From Candidatus Eiseniibacteriota bacterium (lineage in GTDB: Bacteria > Eisenbacteria > RBG-16-71-46 > CAVPCR01), in the NCBI GenBank assembly GCA_963702435.1, contig CAVPCR010000003.1:160001-224000 (forward strand): DNA of 64,000 bases, read 5' to 3'. Below, one piece after another: positions 48,836-58,330 of the stretch. The notes beneath the pieces are model-generated. The model had not been told where the DNA came from and searched no databases. It was given only the letters and a program-made list of their open reading frames with translations. The position numbers and the translations under genes are program-made. Position 1 is the first letter of the stretch. Every line of letters starts with the position of its first letter.

Positions 48836-50704
48836 CTATCCCGCCATCACCGGCGCGCCCGCGGGCTGCGCCACGCGCGCCCTGCGCGGCGCAGCCGGGT
48901 ATTCCTGGAGCGCCTCGATCCACTTGTTGAGCAGCGCGATCCGCTCGTCGCGCGCCTCCGGCAACACGAACGGCCGGCGCCCGCGCCCGTCGAGGAGGAT
49001 GCCGACCTCGCCGCCCGCAAGCTGCGCCTTGATCGACCGGCCCTTGCCCTCGCCGAGGTCCAGGTTCTTCCCGGGGGTGAGCACGGCCTCCACGACCTCG
49101 CCGAGCGGCGCCGCGATGCACCGGATGTCGCCGAAGAGGACCTCGTACTCCTCCTTCTTCCCGCCGGCGCGCGTCAGGCTCGCCTTGAGCGCGAGCTCGC
49201 CGGCCCGCCCCGGCCCCCAGGGCGCGACAGCCGAGCCGAGGCGGATCAGGCAGTCCTTGCGAAAGACCTCGGTCGCCGCCCTCTCGTGCACCGCGGCGAG
49301 CACGCCGAGCTGCGGCATCATGAAGATGGAGTCGACGGCCAGCTCGGTCACGCCCTCCGGCAGGAAGGCGTCGAGCATCATGAGCGCCGCCTGCACACGG
49401 CGCGGCGCGTGCGAGAGCACGCCGCCCGAGCCGACCAGGAGATCCAGCGCGATCAGGTCGATGAGCGTGGCGCCGCTCGTCGTTCTGGTCGAAGGTGTCG
49501 GAGATCGTGCGCTCCTGCTGCACGCCCTTCAGGCCCACGGCGAGCTGCTTGTGCTGCTCGAAGGCCAGCCGCAGCGCCTCGCGCGCGATCGCCTGCTCGA
49601 CCATCAGCTCCTCGAGGGTCTGCGGGATGGTGGTCGGGCGGATCATCTTGTTCTTGATGCGGTTGCGCAGGTCCGCCTCGTCCATGCTGAAGGGCACCCA
49701 GCGCATCACGTTGGCAAGCCCCGCCTCGGCGAGCACGTTCGAGATCGAGTAGCTCATGCCGAGGTTGGCGCTCACCGTGCGGTTGAACACGCCCTGGAAC
49801 ACCGAGAAGACGTCGGTCGTGGCGCCGCCGATGTCGACGCCGATGACCGCGATCTTCTCCTCGTCGGGCGATCGTCTCGATGATCGACCCCACCGCGGCC
49901 GGCGTGGGCATGATCGGCACCGCGGTCCACGACATGAGCTTCGAGTAGCCCGGGGCCTGGGCCATCACGTGCTCCATGAAGAGGTCGTGGATCTTGTCGC
50001 GCGCGGGCCCCAGGTTCTCCTGCTCCAGCGACGGCCGTAGGTTGTCGCACGACGACAAGGGCCGTCTTGCCGCCCAGGATCTTCTCGATGAGGCCTGCCG
50101 CGTCCTTGTTTCCGGCGTAGATGACCGGGAGCTCGTAGCCGGCGCCGAGGCGCGCCTTCGGCTCGGCTGCGGCGATGAGCTCCGCGAGCTCGACCACGTG
50201 CTGCGTGGTGCCGCCGTCGGTGCCGCCCGAGAGGAGGATCATGTCGGGACGGAGCTGCCGGATCCGGCGGATCTTCTCGTGCGGCAGCCGGCCGTCGTTC
50301 GACGCGATCACGTCCATGACGATGGCCCCGGCGCCGAGGGCCGCGCGCTGCGCGCTCTCCCCGGTCATCTGCTTGACCACCCCGGCCACCATCATCTGGA
50401 GACCGCCGCCCGCCGAGGAGGTCGAGAGGTAGAGGTCCACGCCGCGGTCGCCCTGCTGAGGCGTGATGATCTGGTCGCCGTCGAGCATCTGGCGCCCGCA
50501 GAGCTCTTCCACCTCGCGGATGGCGTTCAGCACGCCGCGGGTCACGTCTTCGAAGGGCGCCTCGACCGTGGTCGGCGCCTCGCCGCGCACGATGAGGCGG
50601 TAGGACTCGCCCTGCTTCTCGATCAGGATGGCCTTCGTGGTGGTCGAGCCGCAGTCGGTGGCGAGAATCGAGCGGATCTGGTTGGGCTGAATGGTCTGGC
50701 TCAT
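48836..50704 (-). CDS. GlmL (glutamate-mutase-L-like) ASKHA ATPase; three apparent frameshifts
   Basis: TDCGSTTTK, SSAGGGL, PDMILLSGGTDGG, YAGN | DNLRP...MPTP | VDIGGATTDVFS, RTVSANLG | GSGGVLSHAP...LDGRGR, spread over four ORF-track frames with switches near 50050, 49865 and 49482. Confidence 0.85.
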
Positions 50705-51013
50705 CGTCCTCTAGGGCCACTCCTCAGGCATCTCCCCGCCCCCGGACCCGCGTCGAGTTCGCGCGGCCGGGTGGCTCCCGGCGCACCGGCCCGTTCGTCG
50801 GCGGCGCGCCCAGCGCGGCACCGGCCCGCCGGCACCGCAAGACGCCGGAGTATATAGAAAACGGATCAGACGAGGAAGGCTCGCACGAGCACCGGGCGCC
50901 GGCCCGATGCCCGGTGCGGAGGTCATCGTCGAGCCCATCGGCCGGCACCTCGAGACACCGGGGAGACAGCGTGAAGTGAACGCGAACGGGACAGCAGGCG
51001 GGCCTCCGGCCCT

Positions 51014-51087
51014 GCGGGTTCCTCCCAGGCCGGCGGGTTCCTCCTGGCCCGCGGATTCCTCCCAGGCCGGCGGGTTCCTCCCGGCCG
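51014..51087. repeat. 4 x 18-19 bp tandem repeat (2 x 37-bp unit) downstream of the HNH gene
   Basis: GCGG(G/A)TTCCTCC-N1-2-GGCC at 51014, 51033, 51051 and 51070. Confidence 0.85.
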
Positions 51088-51167
51088 AAGGGGCGCGCCC
51101 TGGGCTCATCCTCAGGCCCGGTCCCCGGCGCCCACTGCGGAGCGGCCCATAGTGTTCATGCAGGACC

Positions 51168-53435
51168 TTAACTGGCCATGTCATACCCAGCAGCTGAAAC
51201 AGGATAGAGCTGATCGACTTTGACTTCTCCCGTGAAGCGCAGCAGGGGCTCGCGGTCTCTCCGGCACCCCACCTCCCACATGAGCCCATCGGGAGCCCGC
51301 CCGACCACGCGAACGGAGCGCATGGTGTGCACATGTCCTATGTGGTGGGCGGCACACAGGGATGTGATGTTCCAGTCGACATCCGGCCCTCCGGCGCCCA
51401 GCGGTTTCGCGTGGTGCCGGTGGAGAGGCCCCCGCCCGCTGCAAACGGGGGTCTGGCAGACCCATCCATCCCGTTCCAGGGTCGGAAAGGCGGCCTTGAG
51501 GCGCTTCACCTCGGGGGTGTCGAGATACTCGGCCAGGAAGCCGAGGATCAGCATCTCGAGGCGCCGCCAGTCCGCCATCAGGCCCCCATCCGGATCCTGG
51601 CAGGACTCGAGCCCGGCCCGGAGAAAGGGGGCCATCTCGGCCGGGCAGAAGAAGCGGATGCGGGCCTCGAGCCGCGTGGGTTCGGGAGCCCCGGAGGCAT
51701 CCAGATCGAGGCCCACGATGTGCGGCCGGCCATGCTCCCTCGTCGGCGGCAATGCGCTCCCGAGGGGCAAGGTGGCCGGGTCGACGCAGACGGGCGGCTC
51801 GCCCGGCGCAGACGTTGACCAGAAGAGCAGATCGGGCCGGCAAGCGGGGTCCGGGGGGGCGGCGCTCCCACCAGCAGGGCAGTCCCGAGCCGGGCCGCGG
51901 TCCGGAGCCTCCCCGCCATCGCGGGACTCACCGTGATCCGGAGCTTGAGCGCAATCCGCAGCTTCCCCACGAAGCCAGTCTGGAAGCTCCGCCTGCCGCC
52001 TCCGGCCCATCGCCGACACCTCGCGAGCCCAGGCCGCCATCGTGCGCGGTTTCGCGCCGGGCAATCCAAAGAGCTCCGCATCCTCGACGGCCCGCGCCGT
52101 GGCCAGGCATGTTCGCTGCGCCGCCCACACGGCCCACGCCAATGCCGTCCCCTGCTGGACCACGCGCAGGAGGAGCACGATCTGCATGAAGCTCAGCTTC
52201 CCGGCGCGATACCCCGCTGCCAGCTCCGGGAAAGTTGCGAGGCCCGCTGCGAAGCGCATCAACCGCCCCGCCTCGCTCGCTCTGAGCCCCAGCCGCTCCG
52301 CCGTGTACTGGGCGAACGAGGCGAATCCCAGAGTGCGCCATCCCGCCATGTCCTGCATCCAGACGAGCAACTCCCCCTGGAGCCGCCGGATCTCCTTTCG
52401 CCAGGCCTCGAGCCCCAGCACGATGCGATCGAGCTCGAAGGCATCGACCACCGTTTCCGACTCGAGATCCGGCGGCATGTCCACGCGCTCGTGTTGCCAT
52501 TCCAGGAATCGCCAGCCGGCCGCCGCTGCGCGACACGATTCCTCGAGCCTCTCGAGATCCGACCAGGCGGCCTCATCCAGCTCCTGCTCGGTCGCCGGAT
52601 CATCGCCATCGAGCCCGAGCCGGGCGCGGAGGCGCGCCTGCCTCTCGGCCATCGCCGCGCTTTGCGCCGCCGCGGCGGCCTCCCCGGCTGCCAGGACGCT
52701 CGCCTCCTCCGCGGAGCCGAGCGCGGCGAATCGCTCCGCAACCATGAGTTCGAAGCAGCGGTAGGCCGGCAGGGACGACTGGGAGACGCGGTCAGCCGTC
52801 TCCCGCGCCACGCGCCAGAGCTCCGCGGTACGGTAGGGAACGCGGAACGAGAACCACTCCCCCGGCTCCGGTGCGCGCGGATCGGGCACGGCGCCCGCTG
52901 CCTCCGTCGAGCCGCCGGCCGCGCCGGCAGCAGGGCCGATCCCGGTCGCGCCCCGGAGCCGCGCTGCGGTCACAGCACGCTCGAGCCGCCGCACGGAGCA
53001 GCTGCGGGCGCGTGCGATCCACGCGTTCCGCTCCGCGGCTTCCGTTTCCCGACCCACGACCGCGAAGAGGAGGATCGCCTTCCATGTGGTGATGTCCCCG
53101 CGCTCGAGGGCGGCCCCGATCTCGGGAACCGTTTCACAACCGCGATCGAGGAGCTTCAGGTACTGGGTCCAGCGCATGGCGACGCCGACTCGCTCCCGCA
53201 CGTAGTCACGCCACAGCTCGAAGCCGAGCCGCCGATAGCGCCGGCCCTCCTGCAACCGCCGGAGGGCAGCGCCCAGGCCCCGATCGAGCGCGACCTCGAT
53301 GCCCGCCAGGTGCCACAGCTCGCGATCGACCGCGGGCGCGAGCCGCGGGCCGAAGCGAGCCCGCGTCCCCGCGCGGGCACCTCGCTGCCGCCGCCGCTGA
53401 TCCCGCCGCGGTGGCGGCGCTGCGTGCACCGACAT
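51168..53435 (-). CDS. Large HNH endonuclease with helical (DUF222-like) N-terminal region
   Basis: C-terminal RDGWVCQTPVC...HRHH....GG.D..WNITSLC..HH; duplicated LGF....Y..ER.G motif; SD GAGGGA before ATG 53435. Confidence 0.85.
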   Translation of the reverse strand: MSVHAAPPPRRDQRRRQRGARAGTRARFGPRLAPAVDRELWHLAGIEVALDRGLGAALRRLQEGRRYRRLGFELWRDYVRERVGVAMRWTQYLKLLDRGCETVPEIGAALERGDITTWKAILLFAVVGRETEAAERNAWIARARSCSVRRLERAVTAARLRGATGIGPAAGAAGGSTEAAGAVPDPRAPEPGEWFSFRVPYRTAELWRVARETADRVSQSSLPAYRCFELMVAERFAALGSAEEASVLAAGEAAAAAQSAAMAERQARLRARLGLDGDDPATEQELDEAAWSDLERLEESCRAAAAGWRFLEWQHERVDMPPDLESETVVDAFELDRIVLGLEAWRKEIRRLQGELLVWMQDMAGWRTLGFASFAQYTAERLGLRASEAGRLMRFAAGLATFPELAAGYRAGKLSFMQIVLLLRVVQQGTALAWAVWAAQRTCLATARAVEDAELFGLPGAKPRTMAAWAREVSAMGRRRQAELPDWLRGEAADCAQAPDHGESRDGGEAPDRGPARDCPAGGSAAPPDPACRPDLLFWSTSAPGEPPVCVDPATLPLGSALPPTREHGRPHIVGLDLDASGAPEPTRLEARIRFFCPAEMAPFLRAGLESCQDPDGGLMADWRRLEMLILGFLAEYLDTPEVKRLKAAFPTLERDGWVCQTPVCSGRGPLHRHHAKPLGAGGPDVDWNITSLCAAHHIGHVHTMRSVRVVGRAPDGLMWEVGCRRDREPLLRFTGEVKVDQLYPVSAAGYDMAS

Positions 53436-53625
53436 CGATCCCTCCCTCTCGCCAGACAGGCGCGCTCCTCTCGACGCGCGCAACGCGCGCGCTCGAGGGG
53501 CCTGCCATTGCAAGAGGGTGGCCAACCGGGATCGGAAGTGCTCTTGGCGGCCATTCCGTTGCCAGTCCTATGGATAGCAGCAGCCGCCGGGATGCCGGCG
53601 TGAGCCACCGGGCACCCCCTGCGGA

Positions 53626-53656
53626 AACGGCGTTGTCACTCTATGACAACGCCGTT
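53626..53656. promoter_or_regulatory. Perfect 13-bp inverted repeat upstream of the HNH gene (operator or terminator)
   Basis: AACGGCGTTGTCA-CTCTA-TGACAACGCCGTT. Confidence 0.6.
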
Positions 53657-53720
53657 CACACACGCGGCCCACGAAAGGCCTTGCTCGCCTGCGCCGTTCC
53701 CGTGCGGCGCCCAGCAACCG

Positions 53721-54170
53721 CTAGACGCCGCCTCGCCGCGCGGCGTCTCGCGCCTCTTTCTCCGCCTTCTTCGCGGCGCGGGCGGCGGCCTTGGCCGCAC
53801 GCTCGCGGTCCCGCTCCTCCTCGTCCAGCGTCTCGATGATGACCAGGAGCCGCTCGAGCGCCTCGCGGTTCTCCATCAACCGCGCGAACTGCTCGTACTG
53901 CGAGATGTTGAAGAACGCCTTGATGAAGGGCTCGAAGAAGATGAGGGCCTGACTGCCGATGAAGCTGAGCGGCTTCACCGATTCGAGGAAGAACACGGCC
54001 GGCGTCGCCAGGCCCATGCGGACCACGCGCCCGGCCACGGAAGCGAGGAGCGCCTCGTCCTCCGGCGAAAAACGGGACGCCTTCTCGCGTCCCGGCCCGC
54101 CACCGCTGCCGGCACCGGGCGCGCCGCCAGGAGAGGATTCGCCGCCCTGCTCGGCCTTCTGGTCCGTCAT
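53721..54170 (-). CDS. Hypothetical protein downstream of gcvP
   Basis: High GC3; GL..PAVFFLES.KPLSFIGSQ...FF.P core; charged helical C-terminus. Confidence 0.85.
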   Translation of the reverse strand: MTDQKAEQGGESSPGGAPGAGSGGGPGREKASRFSPEDEALLASVAGRVVRMGLATPAVFFLESVKPLSFIGSQALIFFEPFIKAFFNISQYEQFARLMENREALERLLVIIETLDEEERDRERAAKAAARAAKKAEKEARDAARRGGV

Positions 54171-54172
54171 GC

Positions 54173-54217
54173 GCTGTCTCCGCTGCCTCGGCTACCTCTG
54201 CTGCCTCGGCTACCTCG
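54173..54217. repeat. 5 x 9-bp intergenic tandem repeat
   Basis: GCT(G/A)(C/T)CTCN x5, directly upstream of ATG 54170. Confidence 0.75.
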
Positions 54218-54293
54218 CCTCGAGCGCGTCGCCTCCGACGCGCTGCCTCCCGATGCGCGACTTCCGATGCCCCGTCTCCCCACTCCTCGCAGC

Positions 54294-54824
54294 TTACCGC
54301 TTCCTCTGGTCGCTCATGGCCTCCAGCCGCGCGGCCACAGCGGCGACAACGGCCTCGCGATTCCCGGAGTAGAGGAGTCGCATTCCGCGGTAGGACTCGA
54401 GCCACGAGGCATGGAGAAACGGGCTCACCGTGATGCCCCGCGCGTCCGCGACATAGCTCCGGAGCACCGGCCACTCCCGGCGGCGCGAGCCGAAGAACGA
54501 GACTGCCTCGACCCCCGTCTCATCGATCCGGTAGCGGGTCGGAAAGAAGAACGGCGCCAGGGACAGGGTCAGGATGGCGAGGGCGATCCCTCCGAGCACC
54601 GGATCGCCTCCGTACATCCCGAGCCCGAACGATGCCGCGAGGATCGCCAGGGCCACGACCACCGCCTGCCCCGGCCGCTCGGCGGCCGGCCAGCTCCGCC
54701 AGGCCAGCGCCTCGCTCCCGCTCGCCGGAACTCCCCCGCTCGGAGCCCCCACGCTCGGAGCCCCCATGTTCGGAGCCCCCATGCCCGGAGCCCCCACGCT
54801 CTCTGCCTCGCTCAGGGTTGCCAC
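54294..54824 (-). CDS. Two-TM membrane protein with a bacterial PH/YcxB-like C-terminal domain
   Basis: W.SWP..E.P, two TM helices, PFFFPTRY.ID..GV, W.....Y, SPF...S.L...RG; GTG start overlaps the gcvPB end (start uncertain). Confidence 0.8.
   Translation of the reverse strand: MATLSEAESVGAPGMGAPNMGAPSVGAPSGGVPASGSEALAWRSWPAAERPGQAVVVALAILAASFGLGMYGGDPVLGGIALAILTLSLAPFFFPTRYRIDETGVEAVSFFGSRRREWPVLRSYVADARGITVSPFLHASWLESYRGMRLLYSGNREAVVAAVAARLEAMSDQRKR
54739..54798. repeat. 4 x 15-bp in-frame repeat ((V/M)GAPx)
   Basis: YYCGGAGCCCCCAYG x4. Confidence 0.85.
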
Positions 54825-56413
54825 CGGAGCTTGAGCTCGCGCGCCGCCCGCGCCTCGTCGAGCCGGCGCACCGGCGTCGAGTGCGGCGCGTCGTGGAGCA
54901 CCGCCGGGTTCTCGCGCGCCTCCCGCGCGATGTCGTTGAGCGCCGCCGCGAAGCGATCCAGCGACTCCTTGGTCTCCGATTCGGTCGGCTCGATCATGAG
55001 CGCCTCGTGCACGATCAGCGGGAAGTACACGGTCGGCGCATAGAAGCCATGGTCGAGGAGACGCTTTGCCATGTCGGCGGTGCGCACGCCGAACTCCTTC
55101 TGGCGATCCCCCGACAGCACGAACTCGTGGAGCGACGGCCCGTCGTACGGCAGGTCGAACGCGCCCACGAGCAGCGACTTGAGGTAGTTCGCGTTGAGCA
55201 CCGCGTTCTCGGTCGCCTCGCGGATCCCGTCCGGTCCGAGCGCGAGGATGTAGGCGAGCGCGCGCACGTGCATGCCGAAGTTGCCGTAGAAGGAGTGCAC
55301 CTTGCCCACCGACTGCGGACGATCCCAGTCGAGGACGTAGCGCCCGCCGCGGTGCTCGATCGTCGGCCGGGGCAGATACGGCTCGAGCCGCGCCTTGACC
55401 CCGACCGGCCCCGACCCCGGCCCGCCACCGCCGTGCGGCGTCGAGAAGGTCTTGTGCAGGTTCAGGTGGCAGATATCGAAGCCCATGTCGCCAGGCCGCG
55501 TCACGCCGGCGAGCGCATTCAGGTTGGCGCCGTCCAGGTAGAGGAGCGCGCCTGCCTCGTGCACGCGGGCGGCGACCGCGAGGATGTCCTCCTCGAACAG
55601 CCCCAGCGTGTTCGGGTTGGTGACCATGAACACGGCTGTGCGCCCGTCGAGCGCCTGCGACAGCGCCTCGACATCCACGAGCCCGCGTGCGTTCGACTTG
55701 ATCTCGACCGGCTCGAAGCCGCACATGGCGGCGCTCGCCGGATTGGTGCCGTGCGCCGAGTCCGGGAAGATGACGCGCTTCCGCTCGTGCTCGCCGCGGT
55801 GGCGGAAGTAGGCGCGGGCGATGAGAAGCCCGGTGAACTCGCCCTGCGCCCCGGCGGCGGGTTGCAGGCTCACCCGGTCCATCCCGGTGATGACGGCGAG
55901 ATGCCGCCCAAGATCGGCCATCAGCGCCAAGGCGCCCTGTGCTCCCTGCTCCGGCGTGAGCGGGTGCAGATTGGCGAACCCGGCGAGCCCCGCGAGCGTC
56001 TCGTTCACCTTCGGGTTGTACTTCATGGTGCACGACCCGAGCGGGAATACATCGCGATCGATGTGGTGGTTCAAGACCGAGATGCGCGTGAAGTGGCGGA
56101 CCACCTGCGGCTCGGTCACCTCGGGGAGCCGCGGCTCCACGCGGCGCCGGAACTCCTTCGGCACCAGCTCTTCGACGGGCACATCGGGCACGTCGAGCGG
56201 CTCGAGGCGATAGCCGACATGTCCCGGCACGGACAGCTCGAAGATGAGGGGCTCGGTGCGCGCCCCGCCCGGCGCCGCGCCTGGCCGCCGCGCCTCCGCC
56301 CTGCGCCCCGCCGGCCGCCCGCGCACTCCGCCCTGCACCCCGCCGCGCGCCACGCCTCCGCCCTGCACTCCGCCGGCCCCGTCTCCCTGCTTCACATCCT
56401 TGGTCGTGCTCAT
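54812..56413 (-). CDS. gcvPB: Glycine dehydrogenase (decarboxylating) subunit 2
   Basis: PLGSCTMKYNP, QPAAGAQGE, SAHGTNPAS, TNPNTLG, DGAN, HLNLHKTFSTPHGGGGPG, IEPTE.E. Confidence 0.97.
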   Translation of the reverse strand: MSTTKDVKQGDGAGGVQGGGVARGGVQGGVRGRPAGRRAEARRPGAAPGGARTEPLIFELSVPGHVGYRLEPLDVPDVPVEELVPKEFRRRVEPRLPEVTEPQVVRHFTRISVLNHHIDRDVFPLGSCTMKYNPKVNETLAGLAGFANLHPLTPEQGAQGALALMADLGRHLAVITGMDRVSLQPAAGAQGEFTGLLIARAYFRHRGEHERKRVIFPDSAHGTNPASAAMCGFEPVEIKSNARGLVDVEALSQALDGRTAVFMVTNPNTLGLFEEDILAVAARVHEAGALLYLDGANLNALAGVTRPGDMGFDICHLNLHKTFSTPHGGGGPGSGPVGVKARLEPYLPRPTIEHRGGRYVLDWDRPQSVGKVHSFYGNFGMHVRALAYILALGPDGIREATENAVLNANYLKSLLVGAFDLPYDGPSLHEFVLSGDRQKEFGVRTADMAKRLLDHGFYAPTVYFPLIVHEALMIEPTESETKESLDRFAAALNDIAREARENPAVLHDAPHSTPVRRLDEARAARELKLRWQP

Positions 56414-57783
56414 CGTCCTGCCTCCGCGAGGGCCGGCGCGCCCGCCTTCATCTCGGCCATCAGCTTCCCGAGTCGCTCGATCTCGGCGCGCGTACGGCGC
56501 TCGGTGACCGCCACGAGGAGGCCGTCCTCGAAGCTCGCATCGAGCCGCCTGAGCGGCACGCCGGCGAGCATCTGGTGGGCCAACCCGCGCTCCACGACGG
56601 CCTCGACCGAACCCGGCACGCGCACCGCGAACTCACGGAAGAAAGGCTCCTGGTGGAGCCGCGGGGCGCCGGCGCGCTCGAGCACGCGCGCCGCGAAGTG
56701 CGCCTTCTTCAGGCACTGCTCGGCCACCTCGCGGATCCCCTTCTTCCCCAGGAGCGAGAGGCTGATCGTGGCCATCAGGGCGACGAGTCCGGTGTTGGTG
56801 CAGATGTTCGAGGTCGCGCGCTCGCGCCGGATGTGCTGCTCGCGCGTCTGCAGCGTGAGCACGTAGCCGCGCCGGCCGTCCCGGTCCAGGGTCTCGGCGA
56901 CCAGTCGTCCGGGCAATCTCCGCAGATGCTCGCTCTTCGCCGCGAAGAAGCCGAGGACCGGACCGCCGTAGTTGGCGAAGGTGCCGAGCGACTGCCCCTC
57001 GCCGACCGCGATGTCGGCGCCGTAATCGCCCGGCGGGGCGAGGATGCCGAGCGAAATGGGATCCACGCTCGCGATGAGGAATGCCCCCGCGCGATGCGTG
57101 GCCTCCGCCAGGCGCCCCACGTCCTCGAGGCATCCGAACACGTTCGGATGCTGGACGACGACCGCGGCCACATCATCGCCCAGCTTCTCGGCGAGGAGCG
57201 CCGCCGGCGTCGTCCCGCCCGGCGCCGGCACCGTCTCGAACTCGAGCCCGGCGGCCGTGGCATAGGTGCGCGTGACCTCGGCATGGAAGGGGTGCACGCC
57301 GCCCAGGAAGAGGATCCGCGCGCGCTTCTTCGCACCCGCCGCCAGCATCACCGCTTCGGCCAGCGCCGAGCCGCCGTCATAAATGGAGGCATTCGCCACA
57401 TCCATGCCGGTCAGCTCGCAGATGAGCGTCTGGAACTCGAAGATCACGGCGAGTGTGCCCTGGCTCACCTCGGGCTGGTAGGGCGTGTAGGCGGTCGCGA
57501 ACTCGGAGCGGACGGCGAGGGCCCGCACGGCGGCCGGAACGTAGTGATCGTAGATCCCGGCGCCGAGGAACGAGGCCATCCGCTCGGTGTCGGCGTTGGC
57601 GGCGGCCAGCGCTCCGAGCTCACGAACGAGCCGATCCTCGCTGTGCGCCGGGGGCAAATCGAGGAGCCGGCGGTGGAGGAGCTTCGGGGGGATCGCCCTG
57701 AACAACTCATCGATGCTCGACACGCCGATCGCGGCGAGCATCGCTCGCCGCTCCGCATCACCCTTTTGTGTGTAACGGCTCAC
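56410..57783 (-). CDS. gcvPA: Glycine dehydrogenase (decarboxylating) subunit 1
   Basis: FLGAG.YDH, TAYTPYQPEVSQGTL, NASIYDG, GEGQSLG, TLQTREQHIRRERATSNICTN. Confidence 0.97.
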   Translation of the reverse strand: MSRYTQKGDAERRAMLAAIGVSSIDELFRAIPPKLLHRRLLDLPPAHSEDRLVRELGALAAANADTERMASFLGAGIYDHYVPAAVRALAVRSEFATAYTPYQPEVSQGTLAVIFEFQTLICELTGMDVANASIYDGGSALAEAVMLAAGAKKRARILFLGGVHPFHAEVTRTYATAAGLEFETVPAPGGTTPAALLAEKLGDDVAAVVVQHPNVFGCLEDVGRLAEATHRAGAFLIASVDPISLGILAPPGDYGADIAVGEGQSLGTFANYGGPVLGFFAAKSEHLRRLPGRLVAETLDRDGRRGYVLTLQTREQHIRRERATSNICTNTGLVALMATISLSLLGKKGIREVAEQCLKKAHFAARVLERAGAPRLHQEPFFREFAVRVPGSVEAVVERGLAHQMLAGVPLRRLDASFEDGLLVAVTERRTRAEIERLGKLMAEMKAGAPALAEAGR

Positions 57784-57872
57784 GCCTGTCCTCCCTCGCT
57801 CTGAAACCCCCCACCACGGCACGCCGAGCACCCGGCGAGCGGAGCACGCGGCTCCCCCTTCTTGCCCGCCGG

Positions 57873-58265
57873 TCAGGCTCCGATGTGATCCGAGTACTTG
57901 CCGGCGTCGAGCAGGATCCCGAGCTCGCCCTCGTCCTGGACGCGGATCTTGATCACCCAGCCCTCCTCATATGGAGACTCGTTGATGAGGCCGGGATTCT
58001 GCGTCAGGTGGTGATTGATCTCGACGATCTCGCCCGAGACCGGGGCGTAGAGATCGGCCACCGTCTTGACCGCCTCGATGAGGCCGAACGCCTTGCCCTG
58101 GACGGCCTTCTCGCCGATCTCGGGCAGCTCGACGTAGACCACGTCGCCGAGCTCGTTCTGCGCGTAGTCGGTGACGCCGACCGTCGCGACGCCATCCTCG
58201 ATCTCGACCCACTCGTGATCCTCGGTGTACTTGAGCTGTTCCGGGATCGTCTTGCCTTCCGCCAT
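57873..58265 (-). CDS. gcvH: Glycine cleavage system H protein
   Basis: YTEDHEWV, GVTDYAQ.ELGDVVYVELP, EAVKT (lipoyl Lys), PVSGEI, N.SPY..GW. Confidence 0.97.
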   Translation of the reverse strand: MAEGKTIPEQLKYTEDHEWVEIEDGVATVGVTDYAQNELGDVVYVELPEIGEKAVQGKAFGLIEAVKTVADLYAPVSGEIVEINHHLTQNPGLINESPYEEGWVIKIRVQDEGELGILLDAGKYSDHIGA

Positions 58266-58330
58266 CGATCCTCCCCCCGTGGCTTGCACCATGAGCGCCC
58301 CGCGTTGCCGGCCGCCCCCTGGCGGCCGCG

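Noticed and set aside
48836..50704. Glutamate/methylaspartate mutase operon, or mismatch-repair MutL
   Set aside because: No GlmS/GlmE B12-binding subunits in the window; the motifs are ASKHA, not GHKL.
56270..56400. Gly-rich N-terminal repeats of GcvPB (also the GAPFAG and (V/M)GAPx repeats and the 9-bp repeat near 1694-1720)
   Set aside because: Short slippage-type duplications in linker or leader regions, with no evidence of function.
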